In this document: positions 39,745 through 53,199 of the stretch, one piece after another | Layout: the number at the start of each line of letters is the position of its first letter | Position numbering within the stretch: position 1 is the stretch's first letter | From: Podarcis pityusensis | Lineage: Eukaryota | Direction: 5' to 3' (one strand) | NCBI GenBank assembly: GCA_964106645.2 | Contig: OZ067039.1 | DNA length: 64,000 nt | Notes under the pieces: model-generated | Seen by the model: only the letters and a program-made list of their open reading frames with translations | The model's database searches: none | What the model was told of the DNA's origin: nothing | Translations under genes and position numbers: made by a program

Positions 39745-41075
39745 CAAATAACACGAGAATCAGTGTCACAACCAACCAGCAGAGGAACTCTCCATTCACT
39801 CACAGGTATACCTTCCCTGGCATTTTGAGGGCCTTTTTCAGTTGCTGCTACCACTAAACTATTCAGCCAAACAGCTGAAGGACGTAACGGCCACAAGCAG
39901 CCTTGGGAAGCCATCCCTAACTAATGGAAATAGCACCCATTGGTTTGCCTTTCTATTGCAGGCTTTTAAAGGGCAAACTGCAGATTTCCCTCCCTCCCCT
40001 CCATTAAATGAGCTGGATGTATTCTTAATGTACTCGGTGTACCAAATATCAGGGCAGTGAAGGGCACTCGCCTTGCCTTGTTTTCCTCCCATCCCCAAAT
40101 GTCACACCTGCTGTGTACCCTGGAATTCATCATTCTGAGGTGTCACCACCACTCTTCCCTTTGCAACCCTGGCTGAATACAGAACCTGCTCACAAGAAGG
40201 CAGGATGCTTTTAATCACATGGCAGAGTTGTGCAATGTGTATTATTTAACATGATTATTTTATGTTCACAAAAGCAACTGCTGCTTATGGGACTCCAAAT
40301 ACATGTAGATATTCTGGGAGGATGGGGGTTGCACAGAACTGCATTTCACCTTTCTAACAGTTTGTTTCATTATCATATTCATTTCAGCCTATCTCTGAAT
40401 GCTAATCAGTGTAGGGTAAAAAGAATAAAAAGAACAATTCCAGGTAAATCGAGGCCAGGCATTCTAAAGTGAAGGTGGATCATAGTGCACTCTGGTAAAC
40501 CAAAGTGCCTGAGACACTTGGATGACAAAAGGAGATATGCCAACAAAATCCTGCAAAGGTGTGGTTTGTTTTTTAAAAAATATAATAGGTGCCTTTAAGG
40601 GTCAAAAACCAAAATGAGCACTATTCAAATTAGGTGTGGTGTAATATAAAAGCCAGGTGGCAACTTTGCTTTTAAGGGCTGATTGAAGAAGAGTTTCGGA
40701 TTGAAAGCCAAAGCAACTGAAAGATGTGTCCTAGAGAAATCCAGACCATAAAAAGAAAAGAAAAAAGATGGTTTGAAGGGACTAGTGCAAAGACTATGAA
40801 GATCTGCAGCATAGGGAGAAGGCTGGTTATACTTGATTCAGGGGTCACCTAACAGACCTCCAAGTGAGAGAATACAAATATCACTGACATCAACCCATAT
40901 ACTGAGAACCTGTGCCACAAATATAGGGTAACTACATGCTACCTAGATAAATTAATAATATTGCAGTCAGCTTGCCCTTTGGTGGCACACCAAGTTAATA
41001 ATGGAGGTGGAAATCTAATCCAGTTCTCCTCCAAGTCTAATGGTCTTGAATCCAGTTCCTCAGTTTGGTGAGCAG

Positions 41076-41119
<44 letters not shown>

Positions 41120-41123
41120 TGTG
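41076..41123. repeat. (CT)n(GT)n compound microsatellite
   Basis: Seen directly. Confidence 0.95.
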
Positions 41124-41859
41124 TCCAACAAATAGCCAATATACTGCAACGTAACACTGATCGAGCTACAACAGCTGAATCCAGGTACAAATGCCATAAT
41201 CAGATTGAGAGTTAGTGACTGTGTACCTGAAGCTGCAGTTAGCTTACTGGACAGCCTATGCCATGTGCCCCTGCCTCTTGCTATGTGAGTAAACAGATCC
41301 TCTCAGGCACACACACCAATTTGTGGTAATGCAGAGCCCTCTGGCAACACTAAATTCAAACATGATATCACTAGTGAAATAAGTATATCCATAGCAGCTA
41401 TTGGGAAGAGAGACGCCAACATCTCTAAAACCTTGTCCCGGAAGCTGGAGCAATGAACAGATGAAGATGCTTTCAGTTCAAGTCTCCAAACATACCTGAA
41501 CGAGGAATGGACTGAAGGGGAAGGGGAACAGTAATGAATAATTTATTGTAATACATGCAGACAGAGGAGAAAGCTAAACCACAAGGAATCGGTCGGAATG
41601 TTTGATAAGCTTCCTTTTAGACCTTTCCGGGTGATACTCAAATTGCTTCAGGGCATTCCTATTCTTCTACAAGCATGGAAACAGTTTTCCTTATAAGTGA
41701 AACAGTCTTATCCTCTGTTCTAATGCACTGACGGTGGTGGTGATAGTGGGGCTGTTGTCTCAACCACCCATAATAATTTAAACCATGGCTGCCACTAGGA
41801 AAGACTCCACTGCAAACAAAACATTCATAACAGATAAACAACAGAATTCACTTCTCCAA

Positions 41860-42125
41860 TATGTGGTGATTGCCACCTACTTAGATGGCTTTTTAAAGGG
41901 GGATTAGAAATTCATAGAGGGTGAGGTTGCTAAGGGGACTAGTCATGATGGAACAGAGGCACCATATCTCTGAATACCTAAATTATTGGGGAGCTACATG
42001 GAGAGAAGGCTTTTGCACTCATGCCTTGCTTGTGGGCTTTTCAAAGGTTGACCACTATGGGAAGCAGGATGCTGGACTAGATAGGCCTTTGGTCTTATCC
42101 AGCAGGGCTTTTTTTACATCCTTAT
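41860..42125 (+). mobile_element. CR1 LINE 3' end fragment
   Basis: GTGGTGATTGCCACC..TTAGATGGCTTTTTAAAGGGGATTAG..TTCAT and CAGGATGCTGGACTAGATAGGCC..TCCAGCAGGGCT tail. Homologous to 56960-57230. Confidence 0.8.
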
Positions 42126-45100
42126 AGATGAGCAGTTGGCTAGCTTTCAATGTGCATACCTGTCCCACCACCATTCCATCATATGCCCCAACATTAAATG
42201 AAATATAAATGCAACACATAATGAAATCAATCTACAGCTAAGGTTTGCAAAAGGGGTGGGGTGCAGGTGAATCAACACTAATGTCTCCTGCATGTTATCA
42301 CTAACTTAGATAAGTGGTGCCACTTCCTAGCATTTATACCACAAGAACTGCTAGTGGAGAAGAAATCCAATCAACCCACAGTCAACTATCCACTTCTACC
42401 TTGGTGGTTGCTGATTTATTCAGATTCCGAACTAGGACAAAGTCCATCCAAGCTAACTTGGATGTTAGCCAAACAACCCTCATTCACACTCTTGTTTCAC
42501 CAGCTTCTTCTTTGCTAAACCATCTTCAGAAATGGATTCTCCAGCTAGCGATCCTCCTATCTCTAAGCCACACTTTGGGAGGGGAAAGGGGAGTGAAGTT
42601 GAAAAATAAGTGGTTTTTCTTGCAGTTCCAGACACACCTGTATGTTAGCTTTCTGAAACCTGACAGTCTTGTATTGACTTGGACATGGCATTAATGTTCT
42701 TGCAGCCCCAAGATAGAACTCTTTTGAGCACCAATACAGATACCTGTACCAGGCACTACATCATTCACCTGACTGGCCAGATTGTTTACTGCTGACTGCA
42801 AGTAAGAGATAGCTTAGAATAAGGGTAGGCTGACTTCATGACTGTTAGATCTATTTTGTTTTTAGTAGAACCAGAGTCACATGCAAAAGACATATAATTA
42901 GAAATAAAGAAGAGGGTGCCTCTAAGAACATTCAGAGTCCAGGAATCGGTTTTCAGTGCCAGAACTGACTAGGCACACAGCCCTTCCACATACATGTCCC
43001 CCACCCTCACCCCACAGTTAGTTTTCTTCATTTCAGCACGGGAAAGTCATGTTGTAGTTGCCACTATGTTGGAAACTCTTGTCGTTCTGCTGCAAGTCTC
43101 CCAGTGATCTAATTTCTGCCCACCTGCAAACACTCAGAAACTTATCTACTGTATAAGAAAATACAAAGTTCATTTTCTGATTCTGACACCGAATCTCACC
43201 CTGCTTGTATAGATGTAACAGCAGTTGAATGTGTGTTGGCACCAATTCTGCTGAGGAGAAAAGGAATCTCCATCACTGGAATGTTTTAAAACAAATAAGC
43301 TAGAGGGGCAACTGCCAATCAGCTTTGTGTTTCTTAAAATATCTAGTATGTCCTGCTGGTTGGGACAGTGGCAGCAGGGGGGAAGACAGGAAAGAAGTAT
43401 GCATTCATTGATGAATTTCAGTCTCCATTAATCATTTACATTTACGGACTTGAGATGCTTCTGAGCTTATCACTGTGCCCAGGATATCATTTAGAGTCAA
43501 AAGCTAGGAGTGGTTTCATCAACCACTCCATCAGACAAGAAACCCTGCAGTCCATTCTTTGGGATTTGAATCTGTTGTCTGAAGCCATAGTTGGCAGAGT
43601 CTGTGGTGGCTCATTTTCTGTCAAGTGCAGGCAGTTGGGAACACCCTGCAACATTACCCCTGGGGTCTCTGTTACTTCACAGAGCAATTCCCATGTGCTG
43701 AGTTTGACAGGGAAGCTGCAAATGATTTCACACAAAATAACCTACCGATCATCTCCACCTCCTTCCAATAACTGTGGTCAGTCAAGAATGGCAGTGCTGT
43801 GGGAAAGCCTTTGAGGACCAGGATAGTTAATCTGGCACTTTGTTATCTGACTATTAATATTTTAAATTAATTTCTTTCTTTCTTTTGTAAATGCTGGTGG
43901 TGGTGTACTGAGATTGGCAGCACAGGATTAAGCTGTGCATAAAGGAAAGGCGACACATTCCAACCAGTTCATGGAAAGACCTTCCACAGTTGTTCTCCTA
44001 GGGCATAATCCACCAGACAGTTCTCCTGCACAAGCCCCACTGAAATGAATAGGAGCCATGAAAGGGCACTGTAAGTGACTTTTGCCTAGGCAGGTGACTT
44101 CAGCCTTCCTATAGAAGTAATCATTTGCCCTTGGCAAGTCAGCTAATCAAGACCACAATGATTAACCAAAAGGAATTTGTCCTCATTCCTAGAGTATATT
44201 CACCTAGTAAGTTTCCAGCGTGGCTGGAGGCTCTATTTCCCTTTCCCTTTCACTGTGAATAGCTTGAATTCCAGTAGAATCAACAGCTGCCACCCATAGA
44301 AAGGTAAAATTTGAAATTTAGCCTAGTTGCAGCTGAAATCTCTCTTGATCAGCAGAAAGGGACCCAGCTGAAGGCCAATTCATGGAGCTATTTTATTCTC
44401 CCATGGAATTTCTGGAGTTAACCACATTTAACTCCACACTTAAAAGGATAATAAAGAACATACGAAGCTGCCATATATTGTTAGTCCCAGTGGTCCATCC
44501 AGTCCAGTATCATCTACTGTTTGATGCAACCAGTTGGTCTCTGTCTGTCTCTCAGAAGGGAGTTTTATCCTCTGTGGTGGCTTACAGCAGCTCTTTTCCT
44601 TATATCCTGCTATGTTACTACATGTCTAACTGTTGCTCCATTGTTTATGGCTTTCACACCATTCTAGTTGGGCTGGATTAGAAGTTAAGACAACCTCACC
44701 TGGATGCTTATATGATGCACATGGAGGCAATCCACTTGCTGAAATGAGGCACTGCTAGATACCATAGGACAAGGGAAGAATGACCCTTCACCTTCTCCAC
44801 CCACACTGCTCTGATAAGATTTTGGGGCTAATTTCGAGACTTGATGCATACCTATAATTTTTTCCTATATATTTTAAAGTGTATCTACTTTTTTAATACA
44901 ACTCTAGGCCACTTACTGTACAGTCAAAATGGTATTAGTTCTCCGGTATTAGTTCTAAGTCCTCTTGCTGGAGCAATGGTGGTATGTGGCAGAAGCAGGT
45001 TACAAGGGTAGAATTGTGGAGGAGGGAGGGCAGTCTATCTAGTTGTTGTTATCATGATGTTGGGGATCCAGGTATTTTTAACCATTTACTTGAGTTATGT

Positions 45101-45141
45101 TACTTGAGTTAACAGGGGTAAATATTTAGAAAATTCACTTC

Positions 45142-45146
<5 letters not shown>

Positions 45147-45174
<28 letters not shown>
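45147..45174. repeat. (TA)n microsatellite
   Basis: Seen directly. Confidence 0.95.
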
Positions 45175-45178
<4 letters not shown>

Positions 45179-45230
45179 CAAGAACATCTCCAATTGGTTT
45201 TTTTTGGTCATGTGCTTGTTTGGCTTTCCT

Positions 45231-45627
45231 CAGCGGCGTAGCGTGGGTTGTCAGCACCCGGGGCAAGGCAAGAAGTAATTTGCGCCCCCTAACCCGGGGC
45301 AAGGCAAGTAATTTGCGCCCCCTAACCCCTAACCTGCCGCCGCTGCCAGCTTCTTCTTGCTGCTGCCTGGTCTGGTCTGGTGTGGTTCTCTCCCGCGCTC
45401 AGCGCTGCGCTGGGCGGCCGCTGCACTGTCCCTCCCCCAGATAGTCCCTCGCTCTCTCTCCGCACCGCAGTGGGCGGCGACCCAGCGGCTCGGATCCTAT
45501 TCGCACAGCCAGCACTGCAGTGAGAGAGAGTGAGTGAGCCAGGTAGGGGCAGAGAGCTGCAAGTGCGAGCGCGCCCCCCCCAGATGTTGCGCCAGGTGCA
45601 GCCGGCCCCCCCTGCACTACGCCACTG
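45231..45627. mobile_element. Young GC/CpG-rich non-autonomous hAT element
   Basis: TIRs CAGCGGCGTAG / CTACGCCACTG, a perfect 8-bp TSD GCTTTCCT (45223-45230, 45628-45635), and an internal ~36-bp tandem duplication. Confidence 0.9.
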
Positions 45628-46323
45628 GCTTTCCTCTTGGCCTGGGCACTGAAAGCTAGATGATGGTCACTGAAAAGAAACAATTTGATGAAATGCATTG
45701 GATGCCTCATTTTATCTGTGGGTGCCCACTTGAATTAATTAGAATGTTTGCTTGCTGAGTGAGGGAAGGATAATGGTGTGATACAATTGTATCATCATAT
45801 TTTATTGAACAGATAACTTCCTTTGCTTATGTATTTATTTATCCCATTAAAAAAAAACCAAGAAAAATATTTCAAAAAAGGAGAAGACAAGAAATGAATT
45901 CTCACACACCATCGTTACTCCAGTGCAAAGGGATTCACTAGACAGAAGGGGAGCTGTTATACAAAAAGTTACAATCCTTTCTTAATCACACAGAGACAAT
46001 AATGGCAACCAGGCATTTCCTGGAGGCTCCGTACATATCAGCAAAATATTTGAAGGTGCCCTTCAGGGCTTTACAGCCCAATCCCCTCTGGCATGTTTAC
46101 CCAGAAGGAAGCAACATGAGTTCAGTAGTGGTTACCTCTCCCTGGCAAGTATATTTTTTGGTCAACAATAGCACACTCTCTCACATACTTGCATATAGTC
46201 CCAGAGACTTCAAAAGGGTACCTGATAAGAAAAACCATTGACGGTTGGCAGGTAAAAAGGGTGCCCTTGGTGGCAGAGACACAAGGCCACCTTGAGAGCC
46301 TGCCTAGCTTGAACTTGTGCATA

Positions 46324-47351
46324 CAGTGGTACCTTGGTTCTCAAACGCCTTGGTTCCCAAACACCGAAAACCCAGAAGTATGTGTTCCGGTTTTTGAATG
46401 TTTTTCGGAAGCTGAACGTCTGATGCGGCTGTCAGCTATTGTTTCTGGGGCTTCTGCACCAATCAGAAGCTGCGCCTTGGTTTTTGAACATTTCGGAAGT
46501 TAAACAGACTTCCAGAACAGATTAAGTTTGGTGCTTTTGTTTTTGCTATTTCTTTTGCGCTTTTGAGGCTTTTTCAGTTAATTTGTTTTTATGACTGTGT
46601 GGAACCCAGTTAAGCTATTGATTGATTGATTGATTGATTGATTGACTGCGGAAATGGATAAAAGCCTCCCATCCAAACAATGACTATCATCAGTGCAGGT
46701 AAGAAAAAAATTAACTTAAATTTTCATCATCTATAATACTGTCTTATTTATTTTATAGTACAATACATTTGAATTATGGTGCTGGAGGAGACTCTTGAGA
46801 GTCCCATGGACTGCAAGAAGATCAAACCTATCCATTCTCAAGGAAATCAGCCCTGAGTGCTCACTGGAAGGACAGATCGTGAAGCTGAGGCTCCAATACT
46901 TTGGCCACCTCATGAGAAGAGAAGACTCCCTGGAAAAGACCCTGATGTTGGGAAAGATGGAGGGCACAAGGAGAAGGGGACGACAGAGGACGAGATGGTT
47001 GGATAGTGTCTTCGAAGCTACCAGCATGAGTTTGACCAAACTGCGGGAGGCAGTGGAAGACAGGAGTGCCTGCTGTGCTCTGGTCCATGGGGTCACGAAG
47101 AGTCGGACACGACTAAACGACTAAACAACAACACAGTACATTGATTATTGCTTTCATTTTATGGCTCAATGGCCTCGTTAGATAGTAATATTCATGTTAA
47201 ATTGCTATTTTAGGGGTTGTTTCTAAAAGTCTGGAACGGATTAATCCATTTTGCATTACTTTCTATGAGGAAGAACACCTTGGTTTTGGAACGCTTTCAA
47301 TTTGGAACAGATTTCCGGAACAGATTAAGTTTGAGAACCAAGGTTCCACTA
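46324..47351. mobile_element. Tc1/mariner (Tigger/pogo-like) MITE interrupted by Bov-B
   Basis: TIRs CAGTGGTACCTTGGTTCTCAAAC / GTTTGAGAACCAAGGTTCCACTA, TA TSD, and an internal (ATTG)n tract. Confidence 0.88.
46770..47132 (+). mobile_element. Bov-B (RTE) LINE, 5'-truncated 3' end
   Basis: Translates ELWCWRRLLRVPWTARRSNLSILKEISPECSLEGQIVKLRLQYFGHLMRREDSLEKTLMLGK...KSRTRLND, with a (CAA)n tail and TSD ACAATACATT/ACAGTACATT. Confidence 0.95.
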
Positions 47352-48159
47352 TATTTACCTGAAGTAAATATAATTTTACTGCATGCAACATAATCCACTT
47401 CAGTGTAATTCTTTCATTTTGCTATTAATGGCGGTTTCCCAATGGATCCTGTCCTACATAATTGCAATTCTGAACTCTTGTACTCTATTCCTGACTGTGT
47501 TTACTCAGACATAGGTCCAACTGATTTCAGTGGGATTTGCTTTTTAGTGAACAGGCTTACGAATGAAGCTTTACAACAAAGAAAGGTGAAGTGGCAGTAG
47601 CAGTATAACGTCTCTCTCTCTCACACACAATCTGAAAGAGGATCTGAATTGTCTAACCTAGGGGGTTTACTTGCAAGAAAGTCTCCTTTCCCAGGCTGCT
47701 CATTGGCTGAACTGCAGGCAGCACATTCATAATTTTCAGAGGCAACATGGTGGGTGGGGGGATAGGGAGGAAATGGAAAAATATCTTAATTAAAAGAAAA
47801 TGGCCCTCCACTCATCTTACTGCCAAGGCTGGAGGCTCATATTTTACGTTAAGCCATCTTTTATTGCTCCCCTGAGCACCAAAATAAAAACACATAGCAC
47901 TGTCCAGTCTCAACAGGAATGTAGGAGAGATATCATTTCAACATTGTCAATGCTTTACCTCTTCCCAATATAATACACAGGGAGCTGACAAATCCTCTTA
48001 CTACACACCACCTCTTTCTTCATGCATCTCTTAACAATGGTTTGGTACAGCAGTTTTGAGAGCATGCTCAGCTCCTTCAGCTTCCCAACCCAGTACATGG
48101 AAAGTAGTAGATTTCACTAAAATAGAGGAGAAGGTGAAGATCTGCAACTGGCTTTGGAG

Positions 48160-48285
48160 CTGGGGTAGCTACTCTGTGACCCTCCAGATGTTGCAGAGCT
48201 ACAACACCCATCAACACTGGTCATGATGACTGGAGAGAGCTCACAGTCTGATAGCATCCAAAGGTCAAATAGATCTGGAGGCCCT
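48160..48285. mobile_element. Palindromic hAT-type MITE, degenerate copy
   Basis: CCCTCCAGATGTTGCAGAGCTACAACACCCATCA core and an ATCTGGAGG right arm. Confidence 0.55.
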
Positions 48286-50207
48286 ACTTTATAGAAATAC
48301 AAGCATTCCTATCTTAAATTTACAGAGCATTCATTAAAATGTAGTCTGGGATTCTGCCAAATATATCATGATTCTGCAACACAGTAACAAGGCCTTTGCA
48401 CAACATAGCCTCCGACTCCTCTTGCTTCTTACCTATTCCTCCATCATCTGCAGCATGTGGAAAAAAACTGGTCTATGTTTAGAAATACACTAAATCATGA
48501 AATAAAGGGACCTATGAAAGGGTAGACAGCTGTGCAACACATGAATAAACACATCCGGGCCCTACTCTTGTGGCAATATGAAGGTGAATTGAAAGAAACT
48601 TTAGACCTTGAGTAAGGCAATGTTCATGATCAATTTTATTCACTCCTGGGCCAAATATTCAAGGCCCCTTTCATCTCTGATGACCTGCTCTGACATATGT
48701 AGTCCACATGTATGAGTTCATGAGATGACTGCTGAAAATCAACTATCTGTACAAAAATATTAAGATGGGATTGACTCAATACAATCTTGGGAGTGGCGTG
48801 TTTTGGCAATGGAAAATACTGTACTCAGAATCACCTGCTTATAAAGCTGCAGAAGAACTAATGGATCCTCGTCAGCGTTAGCAGCACTACACCATACCCC
48901 CAACAGTCCCTTCAAGCAGGTGTCACATATTCCGTAGAGAACCCAGTTTGCCAAGAATAAGGGAAAAGCCATTCATTGCCATGAATGTCTGCCACAAACA
49001 GCAGTGTCATGAGCCAACTCTGGAACTGGCTGGCTGGCTGACATTTTGAGTAGCTTAGAATGCTTCTCCGCACACCCACAACTGCCAGAAAAACCACCCT
49101 ATTCTGCCAGGCAAACACAAGGAACTTAAGTGCTATAGGAGAGTTGCCACAGTGTGGATTAAAGCCACAGAATCAAAAACATGCAGGTGGATTTCCCCCA
49201 CTCCAGAGCTGTTGTCTGTGGCCAGCTACCTTATGTGAATGTGCCTTGTGCTTCGCTTTCCCCCTATGCAGCCCCATGTATTGGTTTCTAAGTCAATGTG
49301 TCTGTGACTCCCTAGAGAACAGTTGCCAGTTGATAGACACTAATGCAGGCAGTCAAGTACAACTGCATGCATCACTGTCCAGATTTCAAGAAGTTACATA
49401 CGATGTGCTTCTGGATCTATGAGTCTATGAAACTGTCAGTCACTGTAGTTGCATACTCCAGACTATAAATATGTCATCTGTGTCAATCAGCTCTTAGCCA
49501 AAAGCTATCTGGACTATGTGCCATATTTGGTGCTTTTCTCTCAGCAGAAAGGTCTAGGAGCAAAAACTCCATGAAAACTACCCAGTATTATTCCTCTGGG
49601 GAATCATGGTTCAGAAAGGTCTGAAATGGCTGTGTCTATGGTGAAAAACTACTCCTGGCTGCTACCTACACTGTGAATAAGCCAGGAGTCCAGTCTACAC
49701 AGCTGTCTGGCACTAAATTCACACCTCTTTGAGTGGGCTCTACACTGGAAAAGCAATTTAGATCAAGTTTCACTTACAATATAATGCCACAAAAAAGACA
49801 TTATTTCCAGAGCTTATGTATCCTAACCTCTTGCCTTCCCATATCAACATGATTTCTGCCATGCACTCAAAGCCCACACACATACAATTGGAAACAAATC
49901 CCTTTGATTGCACAAGAATACACTTCTATGTAAATCTGTGTAGAATTGTTTCCTTAGGCCACTCAAAAGGCTCATGTGGTTCATTATACCATTTCAGAAT
50001 GCAGGTGAGGATGGAAATTTCCCCACTTTGTCCAAAGTTAGTTTGTCAGGGAGAAGGCTATGAGAAAACATTGACATGCCAGCTTTTTTTTTTTCCAGGC
50101 AGAACATTTTTTGAATGAGGGATATTCAAATATGCGATCCACTGCCTGCAATCTAAAGCGGTACAGTCTAGAAAGGACTCTAAATGCACAATTCTTCTGA
50201 CTATATA

Positions 50208-50465
50208 CCGTATTTTTTGCTCTATAAGACTCACTTTTTCCCTCCTAAAAAGTAAGGGGAAATGTGTGTGCGTCTTATGGAGCGAATGCAGGCTGCGCAG
50301 CTATCCCAGAAGCCAGAACAGCAAGAGGGATTGCTGCTTTCACTGCGCAGCGATCCCTCTTGCTGTTCTGGCTTCTGAGATTCAGAATATTTTTTTCTTG
50401 TTTTCCTCCTCCAAAAACTAGGTGCATCTTATGGTCTGGTGCGTCTTATAGAGCGAAAAATACGG
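50208..50465. mobile_element. Tc2/pogo-type (CCGTA-ended) Tc1/mariner MITE with internal hairpin
   Basis: TIRs CCGTATTTTTTGCTCTATAAGAC / GTCTTATAGAGCGAAAAATACGG, TA TSD, and a 31-bp internal inverted repeat at 50307-50377. Confidence 0.92.
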
Positions 50466-53199
50466 TAATTCATCTTTCTGTTTCAATCCATTGCTGACAC
50501 TTGCCAAAGCAAATAAAGCAGTGTTAATAAAAAAGAAGCTTATCATTTCCATGTGAAATAAACATGCAAACAACAAAAACAAACAAGACTGCCATCATCA
50601 CCCACAAATGACCAGGGTCATGTATGTTAGTCACAAATGTTGGTGTGAACAAGTCTGTGCAGTGTTTGCGCACCCCTGAGGTGGTGGTATGATGGCTTCA
50701 CCAAATGCCCATTCAAGACTGTAAAACCTGAATCAGGTAAGTGAGAACTATCCTACCACTCCTCTTCTCTCCATTATGCCACTGAGGTTCACAAGACAGT
50801 GGAAGCACAGCAGGGCAAAATATAGAGTTCACCTCTTCAAACAGAGTGTGCTGGCCAGGTACTCAAAGGACACTTGCATGTTGTTCCACCAAGAATCATC
50901 TCCCTTGTACTGTCAAGGAAAACAATACTCATGCTTTTGCCCTATTTAACGGGTAGAGAAATGGGCATTCAAAGCAATACCTCTTGTCAGCCAAAAGGAT
51001 CATTATGCAGATCTATTAAATAGATGGAAGTATGCATGTGTCTGAAAGAAGACAAACCATTTTGTTTTGGTCAATAACTGTTTGCATCTCCAACCATTAA
51101 TTAATTGAGCTGTTAACAAGAGGCTGAGAAAATCAAGAGGAAATATTGCCCCGGGAAGCTTGAAGCCAGCAGCCTGTGTTATCATGATGGTTATTTTTCC
51201 TTCAACAAATGAAAAACAGAAAAGTCGAACTGCTTTCTTGCTCTTCTACAGAGGCAGAAAAGTATATGCTAGTAATTCCTGATACCTTCCAACGCCTGGT
51301 GAATTAACAACAATGGCCACAAACTTGAAATGAGTAGCTCAGAATGCATCATGCTGCCTTGCACATAAATCATACATTTCATACTGCTGCACAATAACTC
51401 CATTTTGATGAAAAATCAGACTGCAGAAGAAAAGGCCTTTAATCTCTATCTGTTGCAATGCAGTCATTTTGTGAAACATCCTTTCCCTCAATACATAACA
51501 GCTATCAATGTGAATATAAAACCAAGGCAAATCAGGTTAACATTTCATTGCACCTTTTTCTCAAGATGCCTTTAGTTGTGCTTGGACTGGGCTCTGGTTC
51601 ACCTGTACTATGAAATTCATAGCATCATGACATGAATTTCTGCAATGCTGCTGCAAACAGAGGAAGGGGGAAGGGGGTTCTTCATAATATATGATGACAA
51701 AAGCTGAAATCCTTCAGGGTCTCTGAAAGAAATGGATAATATTCATTATCCCATAGCCTCCTGACATTTTAGCCTCTTAAGAATAATCTGATCCTGTGCT
51801 GGAACATAGGGGGCTTTGCAGAATCAGCTTTCAGATTTCATTGAGAACTCAGCAGCCCAGCTGTAAGAAGATGCTAGTACTGTAGAGTAGTAATGGGGAG
51901 AGACGTCAGAGGCAAGCCTAGGAACCACCTCCCGCTTATAGTTACAAAAGAAGCATGTGACAGAAGCCAAGGCTGGAGCCTTCACTGCTGTTTCATCAGA
52001 GGTTAAGGTAGAAGTACAAAGCACACTTACAAGTTTTTCCTTTTCAGGGCAATCACATGCCACTCTGATTTACTCCAGACTTTAACCCTCACACACATGC
52101 AGAGGAGAAAGTGTAATCCAAAGATTAATGCACTTCCAACCAATACAGTGGGACTAACAGCAGCAAGCAAAATCAGCCCACCACAAGTATTATGAATGTA
52201 ATCAGTTTCTATATCATATATTAGCAACAATGCTGCCTATGTATGGATAGCTGCTCACATAACAGAGTTGGTGAAGATATTTCTGGACATTTTCACTCGC
52301 ATGTCTATTCATGCCCAATACACAAGGGCATGCCTCCCTCCAATTACATTTGCAAATATTTTTTATGAGGCAAGATGTCTCACTTCTCCTGACCCCCACA
52401 AAGTAGGCAATACTTTAGGTTCTGCTTTTTCAGTATGGAGAAATATATAGAAAGGCAACCAGAGTATTTGATACACTCCCCATAATACTTTTATCCCAAA
52501 GGTTTCTTCCCCACTCCTCTCAAAAGCAAACAAGTGTTTTATTGATCCAGCAGAGTTTCCTAATCCGCCCCCCCAACATCCCATAAATAATTTTTTGCAC
52601 GGTTGTGGTGGAGCAGACAGACCCTGCTTACAAAATATTCTGCCCTCAGTTCTTTAAACAAGCTGCCAGCATCTCCTACTTGATTCTCTGAAAAATTCCC
52701 CTTGCCAACATGTCCCATGACAAACCGGTAAGCTCTAGCACTGGCTCTGGAACGGAGGTGCTCAGACTACACGAGTCTGGGCTGGAGCAGGTCCAGCCTA
52801 GTTCTGTCTGGCACATAAACACACAAGACGCTAGGGACAAATCAGGATGATCGAGAGCAGGGCACCGCTGCTTGTTTGGAGCCCAAACACAGCAGACTTC
52901 GCTCTGTTCTCCTATAAGTAAGTAAATGAATAAAGTCAAGGAAGCGAAGGGAGTGGGGGAGGAATGTGCCATGTCCCAAATCAAAGCAGTTTAGTAATCT
53001 CTGTTTATGAGGAGAGAGCAAAACGAAAAACGGGAGGGCAACGGGAGGTACTGGAATCGTAACCATGGAAAACTCTTTGCGATTGCAACAGGCTCCTGGC
53101 TTGAGAGATGCATGATGGTCTCGCAGCATATCGGCTCCACAGTCCCCCACTCACTCCTCCCCATGGAAAAGAATGCAGCCGGCTGCCTTTCCAGCAGGC

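Noticed and set aside
40960-41050. Minus-strand TAGACTTGGAG resembling miR-378
   Set aside because: Only a degenerate MIR-like fragment with no complementary arm. No miR-378 precursor was found by eye in the window.
46795-47124. 109-aa ORF as an independent gene
   Set aside because: It is the C-terminus of a 5'-truncated Bov-B ORF with no promoter or proper start.
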